33,038 nucleotides of DNA, taken from a virus. Taxonomy: Duplodnaviria > Caudoviricetes. The position numbers and the translations under genes are program-made. How positions within the stretch are numbered: position 1 is the first letter of the stretch; every line of letters begins with the position of its first letter. Under the pieces are notes generated by a model, which was given only the letters and a program-made list of their open reading frames with translations, was not told the origin of the DNA and did no database searches. Positions 17,342-24,880 of this stretch are shown piece by piece. The stretch covers positions 1-33,038 of the IMG/VR virus record IMGVR_UViG_3300027863_000112, one strand, 5' to 3'.

Positions 17342-17587
17342 ATGAAACAGGAATCCAAGGAGAAGTTGAAAAGAAAAATGAAAATAAAACGAATATTGAT
17401 TACACTATGGACGCCTGATGCAGACGTTTGGTGTGTAGAGATATATGAACAGCGAAAAAAGAAATATACCTTGGAAGCGTGGCATCCAGGGACTGACTGG
17501 ACAAGAAATCATCACGAACTCAACGAGGAAGAAATACAATGGTTGATATCATTTTTGATATGTAAAGTAAAATGTAAAGTAAAATAA
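17342..17587 (+). CDS. Hypothetical protein
   Basis: 81-aa ORF co-oriented with the operon; no motif recognised. Confidence 0.4.
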   Translation: MKQESKEKLKRKMKIKRILITLWTPDADVWCVEIYEQRKKKYTLEAWHPGTDWTRNHHELNEEEIQWLISFLICKVKCKVK

Positions 17588-17595
17588 GCAGAAAT

Positions 17596-17652
17596 GCGGG
17601 CGCATCCCAAGAGGTGATAGGATGCATGACACGGAACATCCAATGCGCCCGC
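17596..17652. other. Stem-loop enclosing a degenerate copy of the primase RBS/start
   Basis: GCGGGCGCAT (17596-17605) pairs with ATGCGCCCGC (17643-17652). The loop holds AGGTGATAGGATGCATGACACG, compared with AGGTGATAATATGCATGACACG at 17720. Confidence 0.6.
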
Positions 17653-17659
17653 CCATTTA

Positions 17660-17953
17660 TATTTAGTAAGATAGCTTTTTAAAGCTATGCCCGCAAAAAC
17701 ACTATACACCCTCTCTAAAAGGTGATAATATGCATGACACGTGGAAGTATTGGTATGAAGAGCATCCCACCGCCGAAGCACAACGTCAGTGGCTGCTTAG
17801 ATTGCAGTGTGCTTTTTCTCCGTCATGCGCGCCTGTTGTTGTGTGCAGAGAAGTCAACACCGAGAGGCTGCGACTTCCTGAGGCGATTTTGACGTATCAA
17901 TTGCCTGTTAATCACCGTGTGATTCTTGCTAACGAGATAGTGATAGAATGCGA
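17660..17953 (+). repeat. Direct repeat copy 2 (promoter plus 5' end of primase gene)
   Basis: Matches 1-294. Confidence 0.97.
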
Positions 17954-18488
17954 CCGACCGAATTTTGAGGACAACCTGTTTTTAACGTTCAAAATCTGCG
18001 AACGGTTAAAACAAGATGGTGTCCCATTCCTGAGTGCCCACTCAGGGAATAAGTCCTTCCATATCCATATCCTGCTCGACTACAGAAATATAACATTCGG
18101 CGCGGATATCGCAGGAATCATAGCGGCGAATACGGACATCCTGCGTCTCTTTAGAAATTACGTCTTTTCTTTGAAGTTCAAACCGTGGCTTGCGAATCTG
18201 GACAAACGGTATAATGCGATGGTGGACGGCAGTGTGTTTAATAAGAATCATCTAATTCGTGAATTCGGAGGCGTGAATGAAAAAACAAAGAAGAAAAAAA
18301 CCGCCGTTGTTGTAGACTTCGAGCGGAAGGAGATAAGAGTTCCTGATTGTGTAATGTATCCTGACGTTGTGGAATTCTATTCATACGAGGGCATCCAAAA
18401 AGATTTTAATTACTTTATTGAAAACAGGCTGTTTGAACAACAGCGCAAATTAGGGAATTGGTTTAAAGACTTTTCAACGAGAGGGTGA
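17730..18488 (+). CDS. AEP superfamily primase/polymerase (homolog of 71-805)
   Basis: IVIECD, SGNKSFHIH, VDG...NHLIREFGG. First ~75 aa are nearly identical to the unit A copy; the remainder is diverged. Confidence 0.75.
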   Translation: MHDTWKYWYEEHPTAEAQRQWLLRLQCAFSPSCAPVVVCREVNTERLRLPEAILTYQLPVNHRVILANEIVIECDRPNFEDNLFLTFKICERLKQDGVPFLSAHSGNKSFHIHILLDYRNITFGADIAGIIAANTDILRLFRNYVFSLKFKPWLANLDKRYNAMVDGSVFNKNHLIREFGGVNEKTKKKKTAVVVDFERKEIRVPDCVMYPDVVEFYSYEGIQKDFNYFIENRLFEQQRKLGNWFKDFSTRG

Positions 18489-18492
18489 TTAA

Positions 18493-20058
18493 ATGCCTGA
18501 GGAGGTTTACAAAATAGACCCCACTATCGGCGCAAAGCTGCGCAATGAAAGCAGACGCAAAGACGTCGCCGAAGACGTTTCAAAAGAAAGGATGGTGACG
18601 GCAGAATGGATAGAAACAAACAAAGAACTTAAAGAATATTTAAACAACATAGACGCGGTGACGTTAGACCAACTCCACGACTTTGTTGTCCGCTCACGCT
18701 CGTATGGGGCTATGGCGTTATATGTTATGGAAGAACTTAAACGTGCTGAGGACACCCACCTTTATCTTGTTCTTAACGGCGAAGAGATGGAAACCGCTGC
18801 AATTAAAGCAATTAAAAACGATCGAGGAGTATACAAAGAATATAAACAGTTGGAAGTAGAGCATATAGTCACACATTATGTTATGAACAGTTGGTTTAAA
18901 AAAACATCATTGACACCCACCGCAGTCAAAGATACGGTCTACTTCATGAAACATATTTTATATAGGCTTGGGCGAGTCGCGGATAAATCAGGAACGCGGA
19001 TATACTTCGCCAACGGTTACGCTGACGGCAACATCTTCCAATTCTATAAGGACACTGAGAAGACGTTTTACCCACACGTCCTTATCCCACGCCATATTTC
19101 AATGACACTTAAACCAAATGAGAAGATAGATACGATATTAACGCAAATCCTCGGCGACGGTAAGGAAGAGTTTTTAGAAGCAGTTGGGGCAGGACTTGCT
19201 GCAAGTAATGAAACACAAATTAAGGTAATATTCTTGGAAGGCATTGGCGCAAATGGGAAGACTGTTTTACTTGAACTTTTGAGGAATTGCTTCGGCGAAC
19301 AGAATTGTGCAAGCGTAAGTTTCACGGATATTTTGACTAACCGTTTTGCGTTGAATGAACTTAACGGCAAACTCTTTAATCTCGTCTCGGAGGAGATGCA
19401 AACAGAACAAACAGGAGATTTAGCGGTTATTAAACGTGTCACAGGAGGAGGGCGGATAACTGTAGAAGAAAAATTTAAACCACGCTACCAAACTGACATT
19501 TTCACGACGCATATATTCGCTGTCAACGTCCCGCCTGCGATAGATACCGCCGACTTTGCGTTTTGGCGGCGTGTCAAACTCTTCCACTGTCCCAACATCT
19601 TTGTAAGTGACCCTGACCCTCAAAACCCGCATGAATATAAAGCAGACCCTACGCTTCTTTCTAAAATCACTGATGAGGATTACGATTACCTCGCGACGTT
19701 GTTAATGAAACACTATTTGATGGTAAAAAGAGAAAATAAAACAGTAGGGATTAAAGAAGCGCTCCAAACGATGGAGGCATATGGACGCAGCTCGGATGTA
19801 ATACAGCTGTTTATAGACGAGTGTCTGGAATTTAGGTATTTGGACGAGCGGCAAGAAATGCCTGACCCCACCTTTAAAATTCAAAAGCAAGAGCTCTATG
19901 AAGCGTATACTCGTTGGTATACAATGAAACGCCTTCCTGGTGCGGTTGGACGCAACCAATTCTATGAAGATTTAGAACGCAACAAAGGCTTTGAATTGAA
20001 AAAAAACAGAGGATATTATTACTATATCGGTGTAGCGTTCAAAACAGGTGTGAGGTGA
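18493..20058 (+). CDS. SF3 (D5/P4-like) helicase (homolog of 802-2379)
   Basis: GIGANGKT, NLVSEE, IFAVNVPP, FWRRV, ELYEAYTRWY. Confidence 0.9.
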   Translation: MPEEVYKIDPTIGAKLRNESRRKDVAEDVSKERMVTAEWIETNKELKEYLNNIDAVTLDQLHDFVVRSRSYGAMALYVMEELKRAEDTHLYLVLNGEEMETAAIKAIKNDRGVYKEYKQLEVEHIVTHYVMNSWFKKTSLTPTAVKDTVYFMKHILYRLGRVADKSGTRIYFANGYADGNIFQFYKDTEKTFYPHVLIPRHISMTLKPNEKIDTILTQILGDGKEEFLEAVGAGLAASNETQIKVIFLEGIGANGKTVLLELLRNCFGEQNCASVSFTDILTNRFALNELNGKLFNLVSEEMQTEQTGDLAVIKRVTGGGRITVEEKFKPRYQTDIFTTHIFAVNVPPAIDTADFAFWRRVKLFHCPNIFVSDPDPQNPHEYKADPTLLSKITDEDYDYLATLLMKHYLMVKRENKTVGIKEALQTMEAYGRSSDVIQLFIDECLEFRYLDERQEMPDPTFKIQKQELYEAYTRWYTMKRLPGAVGRNQFYEDLERNKGFELKKNRGYYYYIGVAFKTGVR

Positions 20059-20062
20059 GAAA

Positions 20063-20374
20063 ATGAAATTGGCTACTGGCGAAAAAGTATATGACACGGC
20101 AAAAGCAAAGAAAATAGCAAAATTAATAATCTACGAAACTGGAGACCCGAACTTTTTAGTGTGGTCAGAAACGATGTATCAGCAAGACGAAAACGAGTTC
20201 TTTATGGTTATAGACTATGAGAAGGTAGCTAAAAGCAATGGATATTCATGCACAAAGCGAAATCATAACACACCTTATATATTAACAAGGGAAGACATGG
20301 AAGAGTGGCGGCAAGGATTAATTAATGTTTGGAGGAACCTTAGGGAAAAAATAGATGCCAGCCGCAGAGTTTAA
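20063..20374 (+). CDS. Hypothetical protein (YDTxKAKKI N-terminal motif)
   Basis: 103 aa, SD GAGGTGA; absent from unit A. Confidence 0.6.
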   Translation: MKLATGEKVYDTAKAKKIAKLIIYETGDPNFLVWSETMYQQDENEFFMVIDYEKVAKSNGYSCTKRNHNTPYILTREDMEEWRQGLINVWRNLREKIDASRRV

Positions 20375-20409
20375 ACTAATTTTGTTTTAGGATAAGATTT
20401 ATAAATGTT

Positions 20410-20693
20410 GGGGGGCAATTTTGAGGGGGGCAATTTTAAAAACACTAAAAAAATTCCATAACTACGGAATAACAAAAAACCTTAACACTAATTTTGTTTT
20501 CAGTGAAAGGCATTTTAAAAAAAGAGGTTTTAACGCCGTAAAACATGGGGGGGCAATTTTTTTTACGACGTTAAAATTACAAGTCTTCGGCGTGAAAAAA
20601 AGGGGGGCAATTTTTCTTACTATCCTAATAATGTTTTTGGTAAGACGTAAAAAAAGATTTTGGGAAGGGATTTTAACTAAGAATTGCCCCCCC
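20410..20693. repeat. Putative replication origin B with GGGGGGCAATTTT iterons
   Basis: Direct copies at 20410, 20425, 20548 and 20602, and an inverted copy AATTGCCCCCCC at 20682, in AT-rich DNA. Confidence 0.7.
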
Positions 20694-20998
20694 AAATTTA
20701 TATACCTTCCGTTTCAAAATTAAAAAGTCGAAAAAATTCGAATATATACGCCGCCTTTTTATTTGGCCGTTAAGGTTGTTTGGCGCAGGGAGGAGGAAGG
20801 GAAGAGCGGGCGCGCAGCGTTCGTAGGTTTAAAGTTCGCTTCTGTGCGTTTAATCGCATTCCAACTTGTTTGGGTTCAGCAGCCTTTCTTTCTGTGAAGG
20901 TTGTGGAGGAAACTCCAGAGAAGAAGAAAAGTTTATAAACTTTGTGTTCCAATAACATTTATAAATAAAACATATTAACTTATATAAATCTAACCTGA

Positions 20999-21014
20999 CC
21001 GAAAGGTTTATATA
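20999..21014 (+). promoter_or_regulatory. BRE-TATA promoter
   Basis: CCGAAAGGTTTATATA, preceded by TAACCTGA as at 3012. Confidence 0.65.
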
Positions 21015-21050
21015 GTTATATGTGTATATAAAGCGACACGAGGTGAGTAC

Positions 21051-21332
21051 ATGGCAAATGTGAATATACAAAAAGTCAACTTCCAGCCACAACAAAAACA
21101 AACACAAACAACTTTAGGCGCTGCAACCAAACCTGCGCCGACGCAACCTGATTTTACAGGGCGCACAGAGAAAGGCGAGCGTATCGCTGCGTGGGAGCGC
21201 ATCACGAAGCGCCACAGAGCGTATTACCACGTGGTTATCAAACGTAAGGACGGCGTAACCGAAGCCTTCAACCTCTTTATCAATGACCGCGCAAAAGTCA
21301 AACCTTCCCAGGACGTTGCAGCGAGTCCCTGA
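21051..21332 (+). CDS. Small beta-rich protein, homolog of 3069-3329
   Basis: PDFTGRTEKGERIAAWERITKRHRAYYHVVIK...FNLFINDRAKVKPS. Confidence 0.65.
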   Translation: MANVNIQKVNFQPQQKQTQTTLGAATKPAPTQPDFTGRTEKGERIAAWERITKRHRAYYHVVIKRKDGVTEAFNLFINDRAKVKPSQDVAASP

Positions 21333-21341
21333 GGTGTTCAA

Positions 21342-21473
21342 ATGAAAGATAAAAAAACAAAACGTTTAACCGAAGGAGAATGGAATGAAGAATATGAGAT
21401 GTATAGAAACGACGACGAGGATTACACAACTGATGAAGAAATTGTTAGGTGGCGCAAGAAACACGCCGATTAA
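21342..21473 (+). CDS. 43-aa acidic peptide (not in ORF track)
   Basis: MKDKKTKRLTEGEWNEEYEMYRNDDEDYTTDEEIVRWRKKHAD. SD GAGGTG; fills the gap exactly. Confidence 0.55.
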   Translation: MKDKKTKRLTEGEWNEEYEMYRNDDEDYTTDEEIVRWRKKHAD

Positions 21474-21493
21474 AAAATTTACGAGGTGACGGA

Positions 21494-21973
21494 ATGTATA
21501 GGTATGTGCATGCGTTCGAGAAGAAATACTCGCTTGAGCAACAGCAGCAGATTATTAATGAATATCTTGCAGGTGCAACGTTAGCAGAATTAGGGCAGCG
21601 CTACGGCTGCACTGCTCCATCTGTTTTAACATTCCTGAGGAAAAAAGGAATTAAAACGTTCGGGCGTGGCGAACGTATTAGGGGACGGTATTCCGAACGA
21701 CAAGCACGGATTAAACAAGCCCTGCTTAATAAGATAATAACTAATACTCCGTTTTCACTAATACAACTCGCAGGGGAGATTGGACTTTCTGAGGTCTGCG
21801 TCCGCGGGCATCTAAGAGATTTAATTAGAAAAAATGAGATAGATAAAGACAAGTTGCTCAAACTACATATCGGCGTGCGTAAATTTGCAGTTCCTCAAGC
21901 GCAGCAGACACAAGAGACGCAAACCGCAGGAGCAGGTGTAAATGTGAATAATGGAAACGAGGGGATGCAATGA
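21494..21973 (+). CDS. Tandem HTH protein, homolog of 3340-3738
   Basis: EKKYS.EQQQQIINEY.AGA...GLSEVCVRGHLRDL; SD GAGGTGA. Confidence 0.75.
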   Translation: MYRYVHAFEKKYSLEQQQQIINEYLAGATLAELGQRYGCTAPSVLTFLRKKGIKTFGRGERIRGRYSERQARIKQALLNKIITNTPFSLIQLAGEIGLSEVCVRGHLRDLIRKNEIDKDKLLKLHIGVRKFAVPQAQQTQETQTAGAGVNVNNGNEGMQ

Positions 21974-22463
21974 AATATGACGTTATAAAAATAAGTGAGT
22001 TAAAAACGAACACGTGGAACCCAAACGAAATGCAAGAATCAGATTATGAACACCTCAAGCGTGAAATCAAGCGAGTTGGGTTCATAGACCTTACAACGAA
22101 GCAAAAATTTTAACAGTAAATCTAAACAAAATTAGAGGCGCACTTGACCCTCTTAAGTTCGCTAACCTGTTAAGCGATTTGCAGAACTCATTTACGTTGC
22201 AGCAACTTGAAGATTTATTAAATTTGCAGGAGGCAGAAATGAAAGGCTACGATATCTTGCGTCAACTCCCAGATGCGCCACCAGAAATCCCTGCAGATGT
22301 TGAACAATTTTCTAAAACCTACTCTTTTATAATAACAAAGAAAGAACAAGCGGAGGAGATAGATAAAGTTTTATTAAGCATAAAATCAAATAAATTTTCA
22401 GATAAATTTTTGACGTTGGTTCGTTTCTATGAAGAGCACGCTGTTGACGCTGGCACGGCGTAA
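21970..22463 (+). pseudogene. ParB/Srx-like protein with internal deletion and frameshift
   Basis: Frame 1 MKYDVIKISELKTNTWNPNEM...LKREIKRVGFID stops at 22113. Frame 2 from 22089 reads PYNEAKILTVNLNKIRGALDPLK... The central DGxHR segment is missing. Confidence 0.7.
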
Positions 22464-22887
22464 AAAAATCATTGAACTAAGAACGTTAGGTTTCACGCTT
22501 CAACAGATAGCAGACACATTAGACCTTGCTTACTCAACAGTGTGGAAAGATGTTCAAGTAGCAGGAAAGGAACGCGCTAAACAATTAGAAAATGAAATAG
22601 ACGCTTACATCCACCGTTACGAGGAAGGAAAGTTGAAGCGCATCAGAGAACTTTGGGCAATGTATGCACGCGCAGAGAACGACAAAGAGCGCCGCAAAAT
22701 TCTAAAGCAAATAGACGACATGGAGGAGCGTTTAATTGAGACGTTACAACGCTTAGATAAATTACCCGCATTAAAAGGTGAAAAAATAAGTATATTGAAT
22801 AAAGTTGAGGTGGCACCTCTTGACAATGAACTCGCAACTTTTATACAGCGGTTTGAACAACGAGCAAAAAGTGAAACTGTTATGTGA
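22429..22887 (+). CDS. terS: Terminase small subunit (putative)
   Basis: N-terminal HTH (GFTLQQIADTLDLAYSTVWKD), coiled-coil, directly before TerL. Confidence 0.7.
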   Translation: MKSTLLTLARRKKIIELRTLGFTLQQIADTLDLAYSTVWKDVQVAGKERAKQLENEIDAYIHRYEEGKLKRIRELWAMYARAENDKERRKILKQIDDMEERLIETLQRLDKLPALKGEKISILNKVEVAPLDNELATFIQRFEQRAKSETVM

Positions 22888-24259
22888 ATTAAGAGACTAC
22901 ATGCTGCTTAAATTGACTAATTGCTGCCTCTACGAATACCAACGCCAAATTAGCGATGCGATAATTAAGAGCGTTGTAGAGAACGAAGGCGGCGAAATCT
23001 ATATGGAGTTAGCTCGCCAATCGGGGAAGTCAACCACAATTGCGCAAACAACTTTCTTTCTATCTTTGTTTTACCCTGTTTTGGAAAATAAAGTTTTTCA
23101 GGTTGGTATATTCGCTCCGAAATTTGACCAAAGCAGAATTACATTTCAACGTTTAAAAGATGCATACGATAAAGCATTACCACAACTCCGAAAATTTGGT
23201 TACGATTTCACGACGTATAATGCAAACGAAATTACAATAACAAACACAAAGAAAAAAATTAGCAGCGTTGCATGTTTGACTGCGTCTCCTGACACAACTA
23301 TCAAAGGATATACATTTGATTTGATTATCCTTGAAGAATGCCAAGATATCCCCGATAAAAAAATCAAAGAAGACATAATTCCTATGGGCTCCTCAACAAA
23401 CGCAACACGTGTTCTGATAGGAACGCCCGCGCTTGGTTCACAATACCGCTATTTTTGCGACGGTATAACACGCAATCAAAGGGTTTTTATTCTACCGTAT
23501 ACGACCGCTGCTAAATACAATCCTAATTATACAAAATATATTGAAGAAGTTAAGGAACGTATTGGTGAGGATAGCGACGAGTTCCAAAGTCAATACAATT
23601 TGAAATGGATATTTGGGGTTAGTAAATTCATAACAGCCCAGCAATTATTTGAATTACGAGAAAATTACGAAATCGTGAAAGAGGACAAAGCACAAGATAG
23701 CGAAATCGTTGCAGGAATCGATATCGCAAGAGACGTTGACAGCACCGTAGTTACACTTCTTAAAAACATTGGGAACCAATTTAATATCCTGAATTGGTTA
23801 GAGTTGAAAGGGGAGGACTACGAAGCACAAGTTGAAATTACCAAAAACTTTTTAGCGAACTACAACGTTAAGCGCGTAATCATTGATGCGGTGGGCGTTG
23901 GCGACCCCGTTGTAGATATGTTCAAAAACAGAACACGTTACAGCATCGAGGGCTTCAAATGGACTCCACAATCGCATCACGAAGTTTTCTTACAACTTCA
24001 AAACGCATTATTAAAAAAACGTATAAAATATCCATATGGGCAGGAAGCACAGAAAACACGAGAAGTGAAACGATTTGAACAACAAATGCTGGATTTAAAC
24101 AAAGAGTATTCTGGTAATTTGTTGCGCTGCCACCACCCCGACGTTGACGGGGCGCATGACGATTATGTTTCTTCATTAGCGCTTGCATTTTATGGCATGA
24201 CAAACACAGGACGGGCGTTAGTGCTGCCCGATATATCTGCGTTGATGGGGAGTGTATAA
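22826..24259 (+). CDS. terL: Terminase large subunit
   Basis: YEYQ adenine motif, Walker A ARQSGKST, Walker B LIILEE, motif III IGTP, RNase H-like GIDIARDVD...IDAVGVG...HDDY. Start uncertain. Confidence 0.93.
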   Translation: MNSQLLYSGLNNEQKVKLLCELRDYMLLKLTNCCLYEYQRQISDAIIKSVVENEGGEIYMELARQSGKSTTIAQTTFFLSLFYPVLENKVFQVGIFAPKFDQSRITFQRLKDAYDKALPQLRKFGYDFTTYNANEITITNTKKKISSVACLTASPDTTIKGYTFDLIILEECQDIPDKKIKEDIIPMGSSTNATRVLIGTPALGSQYRYFCDGITRNQRVFILPYTTAAKYNPNYTKYIEEVKERIGEDSDEFQSQYNLKWIFGVSKFITAQQLFELRENYEIVKEDKAQDSEIVAGIDIARDVDSTVVTLLKNIGNQFNILNWLELKGEDYEAQVEITKNFLANYNVKRVIIDAVGVGDPVVDMFKNRTRYSIEGFKWTPQSHHEVFLQLQNALLKKRIKYPYGQEAQKTREVKRFEQQMLDLNKEYSGNLLRCHHPDVDGAHDDYVSSLALAFYGMTNTGRALVLPDISALMGSV

Positions 24260-24490
24260 ATGAAAAGATATGGATACATTGAAGGAATTATATTCGTTAA
24301 GGAATTCGCAAAAGAAAAATGGGCATTGCATCCAAACGCGGACGTAACAGATTTCAAAGCATGGCGCAATATCGTTAATGAATTATATGATGGTCTTCAA
24401 ACATACGGTGAAGAGAATATCAATGCGTTATGGCAACGTTTCATGATTGAGTGGGCGCAATTACGAAACACAGATAAGGTGAAACAATGA
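24260..24490 (+). CDS. Hypothetical protein
   Basis: 76 aa; abuts the terL stop and overlaps the next ATG. Confidence 0.6.
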   Translation: MKRYGYIEGIIFVKEFAKEKWALHPNADVTDFKAWRNIVNELYDGLQTYGEENINALWQRFMIEWAQLRNTDKVKQ

Positions 24491-24858
24491 ATATTGCAAC
24501 GATAGGTGAAATTAGAAGAGATTTAGAAAATAACTACAAAATTCCATCGTGGCTGTCATATAATCAAGCGGTCAAAATCAAAAAAGCAAATCAATTAACC
24601 GCAGGTGTTTGTGGTATTTGTGGACGCTATGAAGAGCGTTTAGTCCCTGTTGAACTGGGATTATGTAAGCGCTGCGTTGAAAAACGTTTGTTGGAGCGTT
24701 TACCTATACGTTTTAGAATTGCAAAAAATTATCTACATCCTCGTGAATGTGATGTATGCGGGCGTTTAACACCCAAATTATATTTCGTTAATCCTTATAT
24801 TTGCAGTCATTGTATATCAAAATTCTCAAAACAATTCTCAAATACATTTAAATATTAA
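24487..24858 (+). CDS. Zinc-binding protein (four CxxC)
   Basis: CGIC, CKRC, CDVC, CSHC. Confidence 0.7.
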   Translation: MNIATIGEIRRDLENNYKIPSWLSYNQAVKIKKANQLTAGVCGICGRYEERLVPVELGLCKRCVEKRLLERLPIRFRIAKNYLHPRECDVCGRLTPKLYFVNPYICSHCISKFSKQFSNTFKY

Positions 24859-24880
24859 TCATTAAAAAGAAGTGAAATGA

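Larger units (their letters stand above)
1..17659. mobile_element. Unit A: putative complete (circularisable, 17,659 bp) archaeal virus with spindle-shaped/enveloped-type morphogenesis module
   Basis: Position 17660 onward repeats position 1 onward. Contains primase-helicase, hairpin capsid candidate, glycoprotein, membrane proteins, ATPase and tyrosine recombinase, with no HK97, terminase or portal genes. Confidence 0.7.

Noticed and set aside
17158-17418. 86-aa ORF
   Set aside because: No RBS or motif and it overlaps the next ORF; it could be real but is unsupported.
20421-20723. 100-aa plus and 77-aa minus ORFs with repeated GAIF/IAP
   Set aside because: They are translations of the iteron repeats in the putative origin.
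20770-20958. 62-aa minus ORF covering the conserved 30-bp block (TLRARSSLPP also readable in unit A)
   Set aside because: In unit A the same frame has an upstream stop and no ATG/GTG start, so the conservation is more likely non-coding.
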